From Vicugna vicugna (taxonomy: Eukaryota), in the NCBI GenBank assembly GCA_013265495.1, contig MU058781.1, forward strand, positions 910,963 to 974,962: a DNA stretch of 64,000 nucleotides, written 5' to 3'. Position numbers and translations under genes: made by a program. Below are positions 53,544 to 64,000 of the stretch, piece after piece. The notes under the pieces are model-generated. The model saw nothing but the letters and a program-made list of their open reading frames with translations, made no database searches and was not told the DNA's origin. Within the stretch, counting starts at the first letter, position 1, and each line of letters opens with the position of its first letter.

Positions 53544-54085
53544 GTGATAGGTTATATTTCCAAAGATGGCCACGCAATATCTTCCATCCCAGCGCTCTCT
53601 TTGGCAATGTCACCTTCCTAATCTTGCACCAAGAGGTGAAGGCTACCCCTCTTCTGTCTGGCCCTGTGACTTGTTTTGATCAATAGAGTATGGTGGGAGT
53701 CACTGTAACACTTGAAAAGCTTGACCTTAAGAGATCTGCAGTTCCCACCTTCTCTGCTTGGAAAGATGCTACTTGCAAGCCAGGCAACAAACCGAGAGGA
53801 AGCCCAGGCAACAGTGGAGAGAGGGCCACGCGAAAAAATGAGAATTTCAGCTGAGAGTGGGAACTGAGGCTTCTGACATGTGGTCCCAATTAAAGTGTCT
53901 GAGTCAGATCCCAGGTATTGGAGCTGCCTCGGCTGAAGCCTGAGACATGGAGCACAGATGAGCTTTCCATGGTGCATCCTGCCTAAACTCCTAACTCACA
54001 GAATCGTGCGCAAATGAGACAGAAGTTGTTTCAAGCCACGAAGCCTTCCAGGATGCATCACGCAGCAACAGACCACCAAAACACA
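53544..54085 (+). mobile_element. MaLR LTR (MLT1H-like)
   Basis: caaagatggccac...cttccatccc...gccctgtgacttgttttgatcaatagagtatgg...cctgcctaaactcctaactcacagaatcgtg...gttgtttcaagccac. Confidence 0.8.
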
Positions 54086-54750
54086 GAAGGAGCCCAGCCT
54101 GGTGACGATGAACTTCGCTGAGCTGCTCCATCCCTTCCTCCTTCCTAAGTTACTCCGTGTGTCACACTGCCACTCACTGTCGTCCCTTCCCTCACCCTTG
54201 ATGAGTCCCACCACTGCAAAATCCTAGGATCACGACCTCTGAGAAGTTCCATTGCTCACTCTGCTTGCACAGATAGGTACACCTACATACACACCTCCAG
54301 GTAGAGAGAGCAGACTATGATCTGCTTAGATCTTAAGAGAACTAAGGTTTGCAGCATGTATCAGCCCCCGCCATGCTCCCACTTCCATCTGTGGACACTG
54401 CCTACACAAACTGTCAACATTTTTCCGCTGAAGTCTCCTCCCCAAGATTTTCTGAAAATCCTTCCCCATTCTTAAGCAAATTCGGCCAACGTCTTCCCCA
54501 GGAGTATATGCAGCACTCCGTGCATTCTTTAAAAAAACAGTATTATCATATCACACCAATGTTTTTAGACATATATATAATTTCTTGGACTTTGAGATTT
54601 CCCAAATCAGGGCACAAATCAGATAGCCTGGAATAAACATGCAATCAATATTTGTTGAATAATAAATAATCAAAGAATAGAATGAGTAAAGACTTGCTGA
54701 ATTCTATGAATTTAAATTTTTAAACAGAAAGACAGGGTACCATGACTCAC

Positions 54751-54845
54751 CAAACTGAAACCCTGTGTTCCTCCAGTTCTTCCAAGTAAGATGTATCCTG
54801 TGAATAATCTTCAGTTTCTCCAGTTCGCCAAGCAATTGATGTTTC
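54751..54845 (-). CDS. OFCC1: OFCC1 internal coding exon (95 nt, phase 0 to 2): ETSIAWRTGETEDYSQDTSYLEELEEHRVSV(C)
   Basis: On the minus strand a long AG-free pyrimidine-rich tract ends in ...ttctgtgaag|GAAACA, and the donor is GTTTG|gtgagt. The terminal TG joins the first C of exon 12165-12383 to give TGC in frame. The peptide matches my recollection of the OFCC1 'DTSYLEELE.HR.SVCC' segment. Confidence 0.85.
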
Positions 54846-57166
54846 CTTCACAGAATGAAGTGAATTAAAATAAATGAAAAAAGTATTTTAGCAGAGAGAA
54901 AGTTTACCTAATTTCAGTGACATTTCCCCCAGAATGACTTACAGAATCATTGGTCACACAGAAGCATAGTGAGTTAGCCATGATTTTGCACTGCAATTCC
55001 TGCTTTACACTCCAGATTCTCTCACTAAATTCTCACGTCTACATTGGCAGAATATGCCACGTTCACGTTTGGATTACTTCACGTGGAACAGATTCTTTAA
55101 ATGTTGTTAGAATGAAAACAACAACAAAAACATAACCATGGTTATGGTTTTTGTATTAAATCAGGACTACTGGTTGCAAGTAGAGAAAATGCAGCTTGAA
55201 GGCAAAGAGGCAGCTGGATTTCAGGAACACAGGAGCCAAGGACTCAAAAGCCACCAGGACTCCTCTTCCACCTCTACTCTCTGTTTCAGCGTTGTCTTCC
55301 AGCACGGTTTCATTCTAGCATTGTCACCAGTAACTCCTGAGTTCCACAATCTGTGACTCTCAACAACACACATTTAAACTCAGGACCATACAATGTCTAG
55401 GAAGCTGATTTATGAGACCTTGAGAGAATTGCGTGACCTGTGATGATGGATCTAGAAAATAGACGGTCCCATTGGAGAAACTGAGCCCTCCAACTCAAGC
55501 AAGGATTCTTGGAAGTCCCGCTGTGGGTGAGGAGCGGGGGGAGAGGGAGCGGCTAACCTAGCCAGACTCTTCTTCCCTCTTCCACCGAAACAGTCCAACC
55601 TTTACCTGTTTATATAGTGAGCTCTCCCATACAATTTTGTGATAAAATGCTGCTGACAAAAAGATACCTGGAAATCACTAGTCGACAGAAGAAGAAAATT
55701 AGACATGACTTGCACTTATAAGATAGCTGTGTTAACATCCTTCTTTCCTTTGCCTTGGTCTCTTCTCAAGTGTTTTTAATCTTCATTTGTAAGAGGACAG
55801 TTACTCGAAATTCCTTGATATCGGTTAGTACAAGCTCAGCCCAGCTCTGTAGTTGAAATATTCTGCAACTGCAGAACTGCTGTTTTGGATGCACAGACGC
55901 CAGTAACCAGGAAAACTCTGAAGTGAAACTTAGGTGAAGGCGACGTGCCATCCAGCCTCTACAAGGCTCACTTCTCTTACTGTGAAACTGATCGATCTGA
56001 TTACCTTAAGAACAAAATTCAGTTACAAGAGCAATTGAAGGTGCCTTTTTGTTGGGGTCCTTTTTAGCTTTCTCAGCCTCTATAGCTCCTGTACCAGCAA
56101 AGGTATTTTTAATCAGTTTATCTAGTATTGGTAATTTAATTACTCCATTTCTTGGTAAATTAAAGAGTGTCAAAATTCTTTTAAATGTATGAGAGCTCTG
56201 AATTGTCCTAACTAAATATATTTGATTCGCACACTTTGCCAGACTGCTGAAAATGTGCTTTTGTAGCTATCTAAATTTTAAATTTGATGGCATTTCTTTA
56301 TGAGATGCTTAACTACTTTATTCAGTCTTACTAAATAGAAAGTTGAAATTGCTACCAAGAATTATGCCAAAGATTTGGTTTACCCCTCAAAGCTCCTGAT
56401 CTGTAACAATATAGGTGCTCATGACAGAATGGATTAAGTCGCTTTCTATTCGGTTCGTCTGTTTGAGTCCACCTAGACTGTCCAACTAAACTCACGGTGA
56501 AAGTGGTAGGTAGCATGCTCCTTTGTGTCTTTCACAACTCCTAACACAGCAACAAGTGCATAATAAATACCCAAGAATGAGTTACTAGAGGTCATGTCAT
56601 GAAGTTCTTATATCACAATAACAAGCACTACCTCCGGTTGCTAAGTCGTAAAGAAAAGCACCTGTAACTTCTAAAAATGGCAAACCTTTTCTGAACCTTT
56701 GGATTTCCTTTAAAGTATATTTAAGTTAATGTGCTAAAAATCCCCTTACATGGGTGTTTTGGGAGACATAGTTACAGACACTTGTTCTTCTCTAAAGAAA
56801 CACAAAACTCAAGAAATAAGAGTGTTAAATCCAAAAAAGAGGAAAATACGTAGAGTAGAATCCCCAGGAGAGTAGCAGGGTGTGCGAGCCCGCGCACGTG
56901 AGGACACTCTGACAGTCTATGAACAGTCCACCAAGCACAAATTCTTATCCTGACTCCATTCCTAAGAAATAACGCTTTAAATAGGATAGCATCAATATTT
57001 AAAAGACAGAAAATAGATCCCCTGGCCCATTACGACTCAAAGTCCCTGAAGCCACTAAAAAAAAAAGGTTTCTTCCAACAGCTTTGTCTTTAGAAAGATG
57101 AATACCTACACTTTAAAAGAGAAATTGGTGGTGCAGATCTGTTCTGGAACAGCACGTTTAACATAG

Positions 57167-57206
57167 TATCAATTAAATATCAATTAATATCAATTAAATA
57201 TCAATT
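57167..57206. repeat. Short AT-rich tandem repeat (TATCAATTAA(A)) of about 4 units
   Basis: tatcaattaaatatcaattaatatcaattaaatatcaatt. Confidence 0.9.
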
Positions 57207-59174
57207 GCTAAAATTTAGAATATGGTTTTCAAGTTCATGAGCTAGATTGTTTTGCAAGCACTCTTTCAAACACAGCACAAAATGAGAGCCAAGAAGTGTT
57301 TTAAAGGATTTTGAAAAACTAAAATGTATTGTGTTGTAGTCAAAAGAGCCAATAAGTGATGGTCAGAAGACTTTCATTCAAGTCTTCTCACCACTTAGGA
57401 AACTTAGATTACTTAAAGTCCATGAATTTGAGTTTTTTAACCTGAAAAATGGAGATGATATTTGTCTGTCCTCGCAGGATTTTTATGAAGACAAACTGAT
57501 ATAATCGCGATAAAATTCTGGGAATGGAAGGGAAAGAACTTAACATGCTTTAGAAAATTAAGGCTTTAAGTAGCATCTGACCCAGTGCAACACATAGCAT
57601 AGGTGATCAATGGAACATTTCACATCCTTTCTCCGGCATTTAGTGCAGCATGTCTATGAAGGTGCTAAGTGGAAAATACTATAGGAAGAAAACATCTATT
57701 AAATAGTCTCAAAGTTGTCCAGCTCATGAAATGAAAGGCCCACTTAATTGTGTTATATGATAGGAAGCAAAGCCTAGAGTCTGTGCCTCGTTGTTCAGAG
57801 GTTTTCTGCCCCTTAGCAATAATTCCTTCCATGGACCATTTGGTTGATGAGGACAGGTGCTGATGATGGGGACCAGTGAGGAGAAAGAGCGCGGTACACA
57901 ACAGGTCAGTGGCACCCGTGCAGTGGAAAAGCATCGTGGTGCTAGCACAACGCAGCTCCGCTCAGCAGCACTGTCTTTCCCCAAACTCCTTGCAGGGTCT
58001 TTGTGCAGATCTCTGGGGAGCGCTGTTCATCGGCGCATCTGGCCAGATGAAGAGCAAAGGGATTGTTTCATCAAAAGAGAGAGCCTTAGGAAGAGGAAAT
58101 AGTGAATAAAGAGCTGAATCCTGAGGATTACAGATGCTTTTGAACTGCCCTGGGAAGATCAGCAGTGAGCAGTACCATGTTTTAAGACGGCAGCGGAGGA
58201 AGGTGCGGGGTGGACGCACAGTGCTAAGAGGCTTGTGTTAATAAGATCACACAATTGCAAGTCACTGATAACGACAACAAACACCAGGTGCATCTGAAGT
58301 ATCAAAGCAAATAAATATGACATCGTGTTCAATTCCATCAGTGTTGTTATTATCATCTTAAAAAAAAAAAACCCGCAGCTCCAAATTAAATCCAGCCTCA
58401 ATCCTGAGACCATCCAGCAAGAATACTGTTTCCTCTTGCTTTAATTCATTTCTGCTGTGTATACCAGAGAATTTTTCAGGACCGGCTCTCTGTTAGCAGT
58501 ACCCAGGGAGAAACCAGGTACTCCTTCCTGGCTGGGCTGTTCAGGATTTACCCAGAGAGATCCTTTGAGTAAATAACTCCTCTGGCTTTTGCTTCTGCCC
58601 TCTGGATGACAACTAGCATTTCTGACCGCCTGGAACCAAACATTTTGATTTTTTTCAAGTGGCTGTGTGTCATTTGAGAAATGAATGCTTCACAAGTGCA
58701 GTTCAACATTAACCTCAATTTTCCTATGAATTGCCTGGGTTAGAGTTTTTAATATCAGTTGAAGGTTCAAATTAATTCTTAATACCAGGAGAAGATGAGG
58801 GGGGTAAAAAAAAAGGAACAAATTTAAATTGGAGTAGCGCCTCACATTTAGATTTAGTAGGTGGTATAACCACCCTTGCCCACTCAGTCACTCACAACTC
58901 GGGTGTATTTCTGGATCTGTCTTCCCTCAGCACTGATGCTACTGAGAGGTACTACGAGCAGGCACAAAGCTACGTCCCAAAGCAGCTCAGAGTGAAGACA
59001 CCTTCCCAACGTGCTCGACCCCCCGGGAAGAGCTCACTCCCCCAAACAACTGGCTCACAATTTTCGGAGTGTAACATTAAAACTGCAGTGAGAAAGGAAA
59101 CTCCTGAACTGAAGATGTTAAACTCAGAAATAAACAACTTTTTGAAGTCTTATTTCATGATGGATACAAATAAT

Positions 59175-59430
59175 GGATTCTAGACACAGGCAGTCTGGGT
59201 TCAAAGCCCAGCTATAAACTATAAACTTGTTAACAATATTATTTTAACTAAGTTGCTCCATCTCTCCTGCCTTATTTTTCTTACCTGCTAAACAGGGACA
59301 ATTATGTCAAGAGCAGGATCTAGCCCGTTAGTCTGTTGTGAGAATAAGACAGGCATGCGATGTGGAGAACCTGAGAACATTCTCTGGCATCTGGTAATTT
59401 CCTAGCCCTCAGTAAATGCTCCACTGTTAC
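59175..59430 (+). mobile_element. MIR SINE
   Basis: ggattctagacacaggcagtctgggttcaaagcccagct...tcttacctgctaaacaggga...gttgtgagaataa...ctcagtaaatg. Confidence 0.65.
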
Positions 59431-60754
59431 AAATTTCACTAAAAGTCTGAGTCCTAAGCTTTCTTCTTCTGCAATATAGAAACAACCACAATTGTAGATG
59501 CTGTAAGTGGTCATCTGGCCATTAAAAACCCATTTGTCTGATTAGATGGCAGTCCACTATTTAAAGATGAAACCAAGGTTTACTTTAAAATCAGTCTTTG
59601 AGAGAATGGCATGAAAGTTGGCTCTAAAGACCTGTATTTACTTAGCACAGTGGCAAATAAAGATAATGATTTGGATAGTTTGTGTGAGAAAGGGCACGGA
59701 TGGGAGAGAAATCCTTTTACTTCAATTTTCTCGCCAGGCTAAATCTTCTGAATTAAAACTTAAAACTCGAAGTCACTTGGTGGAGGTAGATACAGATTTT
59801 GGAAATGATTAAATATCGAGAAACAGGATCCAGTAATACCAGTAAAATTAATTTAACCAAATGCTTGGAAGCCCAGGCTGTGCAATTTATATAAATTTAT
59901 CAAGACAGTTTCTGGACAGGCTTCACAGAAGCCTTGATCATGCCAAATCAGACACAGTGCAGTCGAGCATTGCCCAAGCTGGGAAGAGTCTTGTAGACCA
60001 ATTAATTTAACTAAAGTATTCAACAGCTAAAAGAAGTCTGATTCAGATGTAATAAAAAATTATTAGCATTGCTGATTTCACAAATATTAGCTGCTTGAGC
60101 ATGTCCTGCCCTTCACAACTTGATTTGAAGACCAAATTACTTTCTACCTGGAAATACATTTTAAGAAATCACAGTTAATAATCAGGGCTGCCATTTCCAC
60201 GATCAAAGCCAACTTCTACAGCCTTCATCTCACCTTATTGTGTAACCCATGGTCTTCTTTTGAGAGACTGAGATCACAGTCAGCAGGGCAGGGACCAATT
60301 TTATTAGAACCGCTTCCTAGGGTTAAAAACAAAAGGTGGAAAAAATATTACAGAATTTTGCTCCAGAGGATATGCAAGCTTACACTACTGAAATCTAAGC
60401 GTTTGTATAAAGCCTGACAAATGGCAGTAAAAGAAAGAGTTCTCTGGAGGCTCTCCGTTGTCCTGTGCCCCCAGTTTTAATTCAGTCAGTGCATGAACTT
60501 CAAGTAGAACTCTACCACTGGCCACCCCACGGGGATGCAGTTTACAAGCAGCAGCTGCACTGATCCACTTCCCTATCCACATCCGGGTTGGATTCTCACC
60601 AGCTCTGTTTCTGCAATCAGGTTTTCAAAGAAACTCCTTTGCGCCTCACGCCAGTGTTCCAATATAAAACCCGGAGAGAGTGAGTTCTGTATCCGCCTAC
60701 ACCCAGCACTTACCACCTGAGCTGCCTTTATCATAATTTGCATGACTTGCTTCC

Positions 60755-60990
60755 CAAGGTTTCTCAACCTCAGCGCCCACGACGCTTTGAACTGCACAAT
60801 TCTTTGCGGTGAGGGCTGTCCTCTGTTTCGTAGGATGTTCATCAGTGTCCCTGGCCCCCTACCTACTAAATGCTAGTATCACTCTCTACCTCCTCTCCCT
60901 ACCCCACCCCAGGTGGAGACAATTAAAAATGTCTGCAGACATTGCCAAATGTCCCTTGACGGGCAAAACGTCCCCAGTTGAGAACTACTG
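60755..60990. mobile_element. MER20 hAT DNA transposon
   Basis: TIRs caaggtttctcaacct ... agttgagaactactg, with internal aaaaatgtctgcagacattgccaaatgtccc. Confidence 0.9.
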
Positions 60991-61522
60991 CTCTAGACCA
61001 AAAACTCTTTGCAGACGATGTGTCTTGTTCATCTTTGTTTCTCCTGTTGGGTCTAGCAGTGCTTCAGATAGAATATCTCCTCAACAAATGTTTCTTAAAT
61101 TACAAACAAGCAAAGACATTACACAAGCAGGTATTGCTTTAGCTTTACGCCTCTCGATCCACTGGCTTGACCTCTCACTTGATGAATCCATATGCTAATA
61201 AGGACTATCTCTGTCTTGCAACAAATACCCTGGCCCAGAAGCTGTCGGAGCTCGGAGTACCCCGGCAGAGCCACAGGTCTGATGAGGAGGTTGGCCCCCG
61301 ATTTTATCTTCTAAGCACACATGTACCCTGTACCATGAGCAGCCACAGCCTTGCTGCCTGTCCTTTTCTCTCCTTCCAGGGATTCAATCCTTCGATCCCC
61401 AGCCCTTTGGAACTGCCCTTGCGGACATTTTAAAATGAGCTTTCTATAGTGTAAAATTAAAATGAAGTAATGCCGTGCATGTCAGGTAACTAAGTCCCCA
61501 TGAAAAGGATAGGCTCCTAAAA

Positions 61523-61700
61523 TTTGTATTTGTTTTTGTTTTCTTCTAGATTTGACCAAAATTTTGGCTATATTCCCCATGTAGTACAGTGCATCCGTGA
61601 GCCTATCTTATACCCAATGGTCTGTACCTCCCACTCCCCTGCTCCATTGTTGCCCCCACCTCCACTGGTAACCATTAGTTTGTTCTCTGTATCTGTGAGC
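61523..61700 (-). mobile_element. Short L1 3'UTR fragment with candidate TSD
   Basis: ttggctatattcccc...ccactggtaaccattagtttgttctctgtatctgtgag, flanked by the direct repeat ctcctaaaa (about 61514 and 61704). Confidence 0.7.
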
Positions 61701-61859
61701 AGACTCCTAAAAGTTTTTAACATTTTCTTTGATCTCATGTAAAATGTTTTTGATCTAAAACCTATCTTCTTATTTAAAAATGTATCTATGTATAGTAATT
61801 ACATATGTAACAGTTAATTATTAATACACATTTCATAGAGTTACAGACATATGGCAGAA

Positions 61860-64000
61860 TTATTATACCTATGTAAGTGTGTATATACTTTTTATCAAAT
61901 TATGATCATACAATATATGGAATTTACATCCTTTTTAGAATGAACATATGATGTTTCTTACTAGTTATTAAATTTTCTTCAGAGTATAATGTTCAGTCAC
62001 TGCACAGTGGTACATTACATGGTTTTATTTAACCAGCCCCCTTTAGTTGGGTATTTGTATTATAATGAACAAATTTTATAAAAATCTTGTTCATCTCTAC
62101 TTCCTTTCAAAACATGAGTATCTAAGATTAGGAACACCAAATCAAACACTTAGGATACACAAAAAGAACTATCAAAATTCAAACCACAACCAGCAGCATA
62201 TAAAATTATCCATTATCCACATACTTGCCAAAGCTGACTCTTAACCATATTTTTCCCTTTTGCCTATTTGGTAGACAAAATAATAACATTTTATTGTTAT
62301 TTTAACTTGCAGTCCTGTAATTCTAATGAATTTGAATCGTTTTTTATTTGCTGAGCATTTATGCTTTTCGTGTCATAGGTTGTCTCGAAGTCCACTGGCA
62401 GATTTCTAACACCGGATATGAATGCAGCCCACCAGCTTTCTTACGTGCAGAGTTTCCATGTCATATCCTTTCCCACTCTTTTAACTTTCAACTTACTTTT
62501 GTCTTCAGTTCATAAAGACAGCATTCTTTTTTTGTAGACAGCATATTCTTTTTTAAAATTTTATTTATTTTTTTAAGCTTTTTTTTGGGGGGGGGTTAGG
62601 CTTATTAATTTTTTAAATGGAGGTACTGGGGATTGAACCAGGACCTCAAGTGTGCTAAGTATGCGCTCCACCACTGAGCAGTATACCCCCATATTCTCGA
62701 GTCCTGTTTTTCATCTAGTTTTACAAACCCTGCTTTGTACTTTAATTACTTAGTTTTGAACATTTCATGCATTTGTTTATATGGTTCTGTCTATCATCTT
62801 GCTGTTCACTTTGCTTTGCCCATTTTGGTTTTTGCTGTTGTTTTCTTTTTCTTCATTTTTGCTTTGTCCATTTTGTTCTGCCTTGCCTGCCTTCTTTCAG
62901 GTTACTCACTTATGCTTTTGGTGTTCCATCTTATTACTCTATTTTTTCTATTCTTTCCTCTACTGTGTTCTATTATTTCTCAGTCTTTCAGGGTGTTTTA
63001 CTGGTTGCTCTAAGGCTAACAGCATTCATTCTAAAATTATCCATGTCTATTTAGAGTCAATATTATAGAATCGTACACCTCACACCTGACTGTTCACGTA
63101 CCCATTTCACATTTCTGACTTCACAAATGTAATAACCTTACCAATGTATAATTCCAGTTCCCACCCCCTCATCCTTTGAACTATTGTTATCATGTCTTTT
63201 ATCACTACATGCTTTATAATCTCACCTTACATACCATTTTATTTTTCTTAAACAGTAAATAATATTTTAAGAAAATGATTGGAAAATAAGTCTGTAACTT
63301 TCACCTATGTATTTGTCATCTGGCTGTTACTCCTCCATTCTCCTTTGTAGATCATTTTAATCATTTTCCTTTAGCTGAATGAATATTCTCTAAGTTTTCT
63401 TTTTAATAATGCCAGTCTGCTGAAGAAAAATTATTTAAGCTTTCCTTCATCTGAAAATGTCTTTATATCAACCTCAATTTTTGAAGGATATTTTTGCTAG
63501 ATGCAGATTTCTCATTTGACATTTTTTTCCCAGCATTTTAAATATGTCATTACATTAACTTCTGGTCTCCATTGTTTCTGATCATGTCAACCATTTTTCA
63601 GATCATTGTTCCCCTGTATATAATGTGGTTTTTGTTTTTCTGTCTACTTTCAAAACTTTCACTTTAACTTTGATGTTCAGCAGTTTGACTATGATATTCT
63701 CAAGTGTAGCTTCCCTTGTATTTATTCTTTGGGAACTCACTGAGGGTATTCAACCTGTGATTCGATATATTCCATCAAATTTGGGAAATTTCCAATCATT
63801 ACTCTCTTAATACATATTTTCCTCCATTTTATTGCTCTCTTTTCCTTACCTAAGACTCCCATTCCATGTGTGTAAAACTATGTGACATGACCCCTTGAGT
63901 GTCTGAGTCTCTCTTCATTTTTCTTCCAGCTTTTTCTCTTCTGTGTTTCCAATTAGTTAATTTCTTTTGATTCTTTTATATTTTTAGTTCTATACCTTCC
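61860..64000 (-). mobile_element. Ancient L1 (L1M-type) fragments, antisense, continuing past the window end
   Basis: T-rich antisense L1 motifs: tttgtagacagcatat, tctgaaaatgtctttat...tttttgaaggatatttttgct, tctggtctccattgtttctgat, tcaaatttgggaaatttcc. Confidence 0.75.
62550..62689 (-). mobile_element. tRNA-Ala-derived SINE (Vic-1 type) inserted in old L1, 8-bp TSD
   Basis: tggaggtactggggattgaaccaggacctc...ccactgagcagtatacccc, with the direct repeat catattct on both sides. Confidence 0.9.

Noticed and set aside
57167..57206. Short direct repeats as a CRISPR-like array
   Set aside because: The units are contiguous with no spacers, in a mammalian intron. This is a simple tandem repeat.
58896..59082. 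Minus-strand segment with a good acceptor (cctttctcactgcag) and donor (gtgagt)
   Set aside because: All three frames contain stop codons, so it is not a coding exon. At most it is a pseudo-exon.
62735..63068. Three overlapping hydrophobic ORFs
   Set aside because: T-rich antisense L1 sequence, not a membrane-protein gene.

Overview
Mammalian genomic DNA, almost certainly camelid (camel/alpaca/llama): it carries five copies of a tRNA-Ala-derived SINE matching the camelid Vic-1 type. The window lies inside a large minus-strand gene that I recognise as OFCC1 (orofacial cleft 1 candidate 1; medaka ojoplano/opo orthologue). Four internal coding exons (54751-54845, 12165-12383, 9472-9724, 1944-2107) have canonical GT-AG sites and compatible phases. 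They splice into a stop-free 731-nt frame encoding a four-transmembrane-segment region, and three of them are absent from the ORF track. The rest is intron, including one of about 42 kb, filled with L1 3' fragments, L2, MIR, MER5/MER20, MaLR (MLT1) and ERV LTRs, microsatellites, and repeat-free motif-dense blocks that may be enhancers of the TFAP2A/OFCC1 domain. The most interesting structure is an inverted pair of lineage-specific SINEs tightly bracketing a frame-shifting coding exon. I found no prokaryotic, CRISPR or clearly novel coding system. Repeat subfamily names and boundaries are by eye and approximate.
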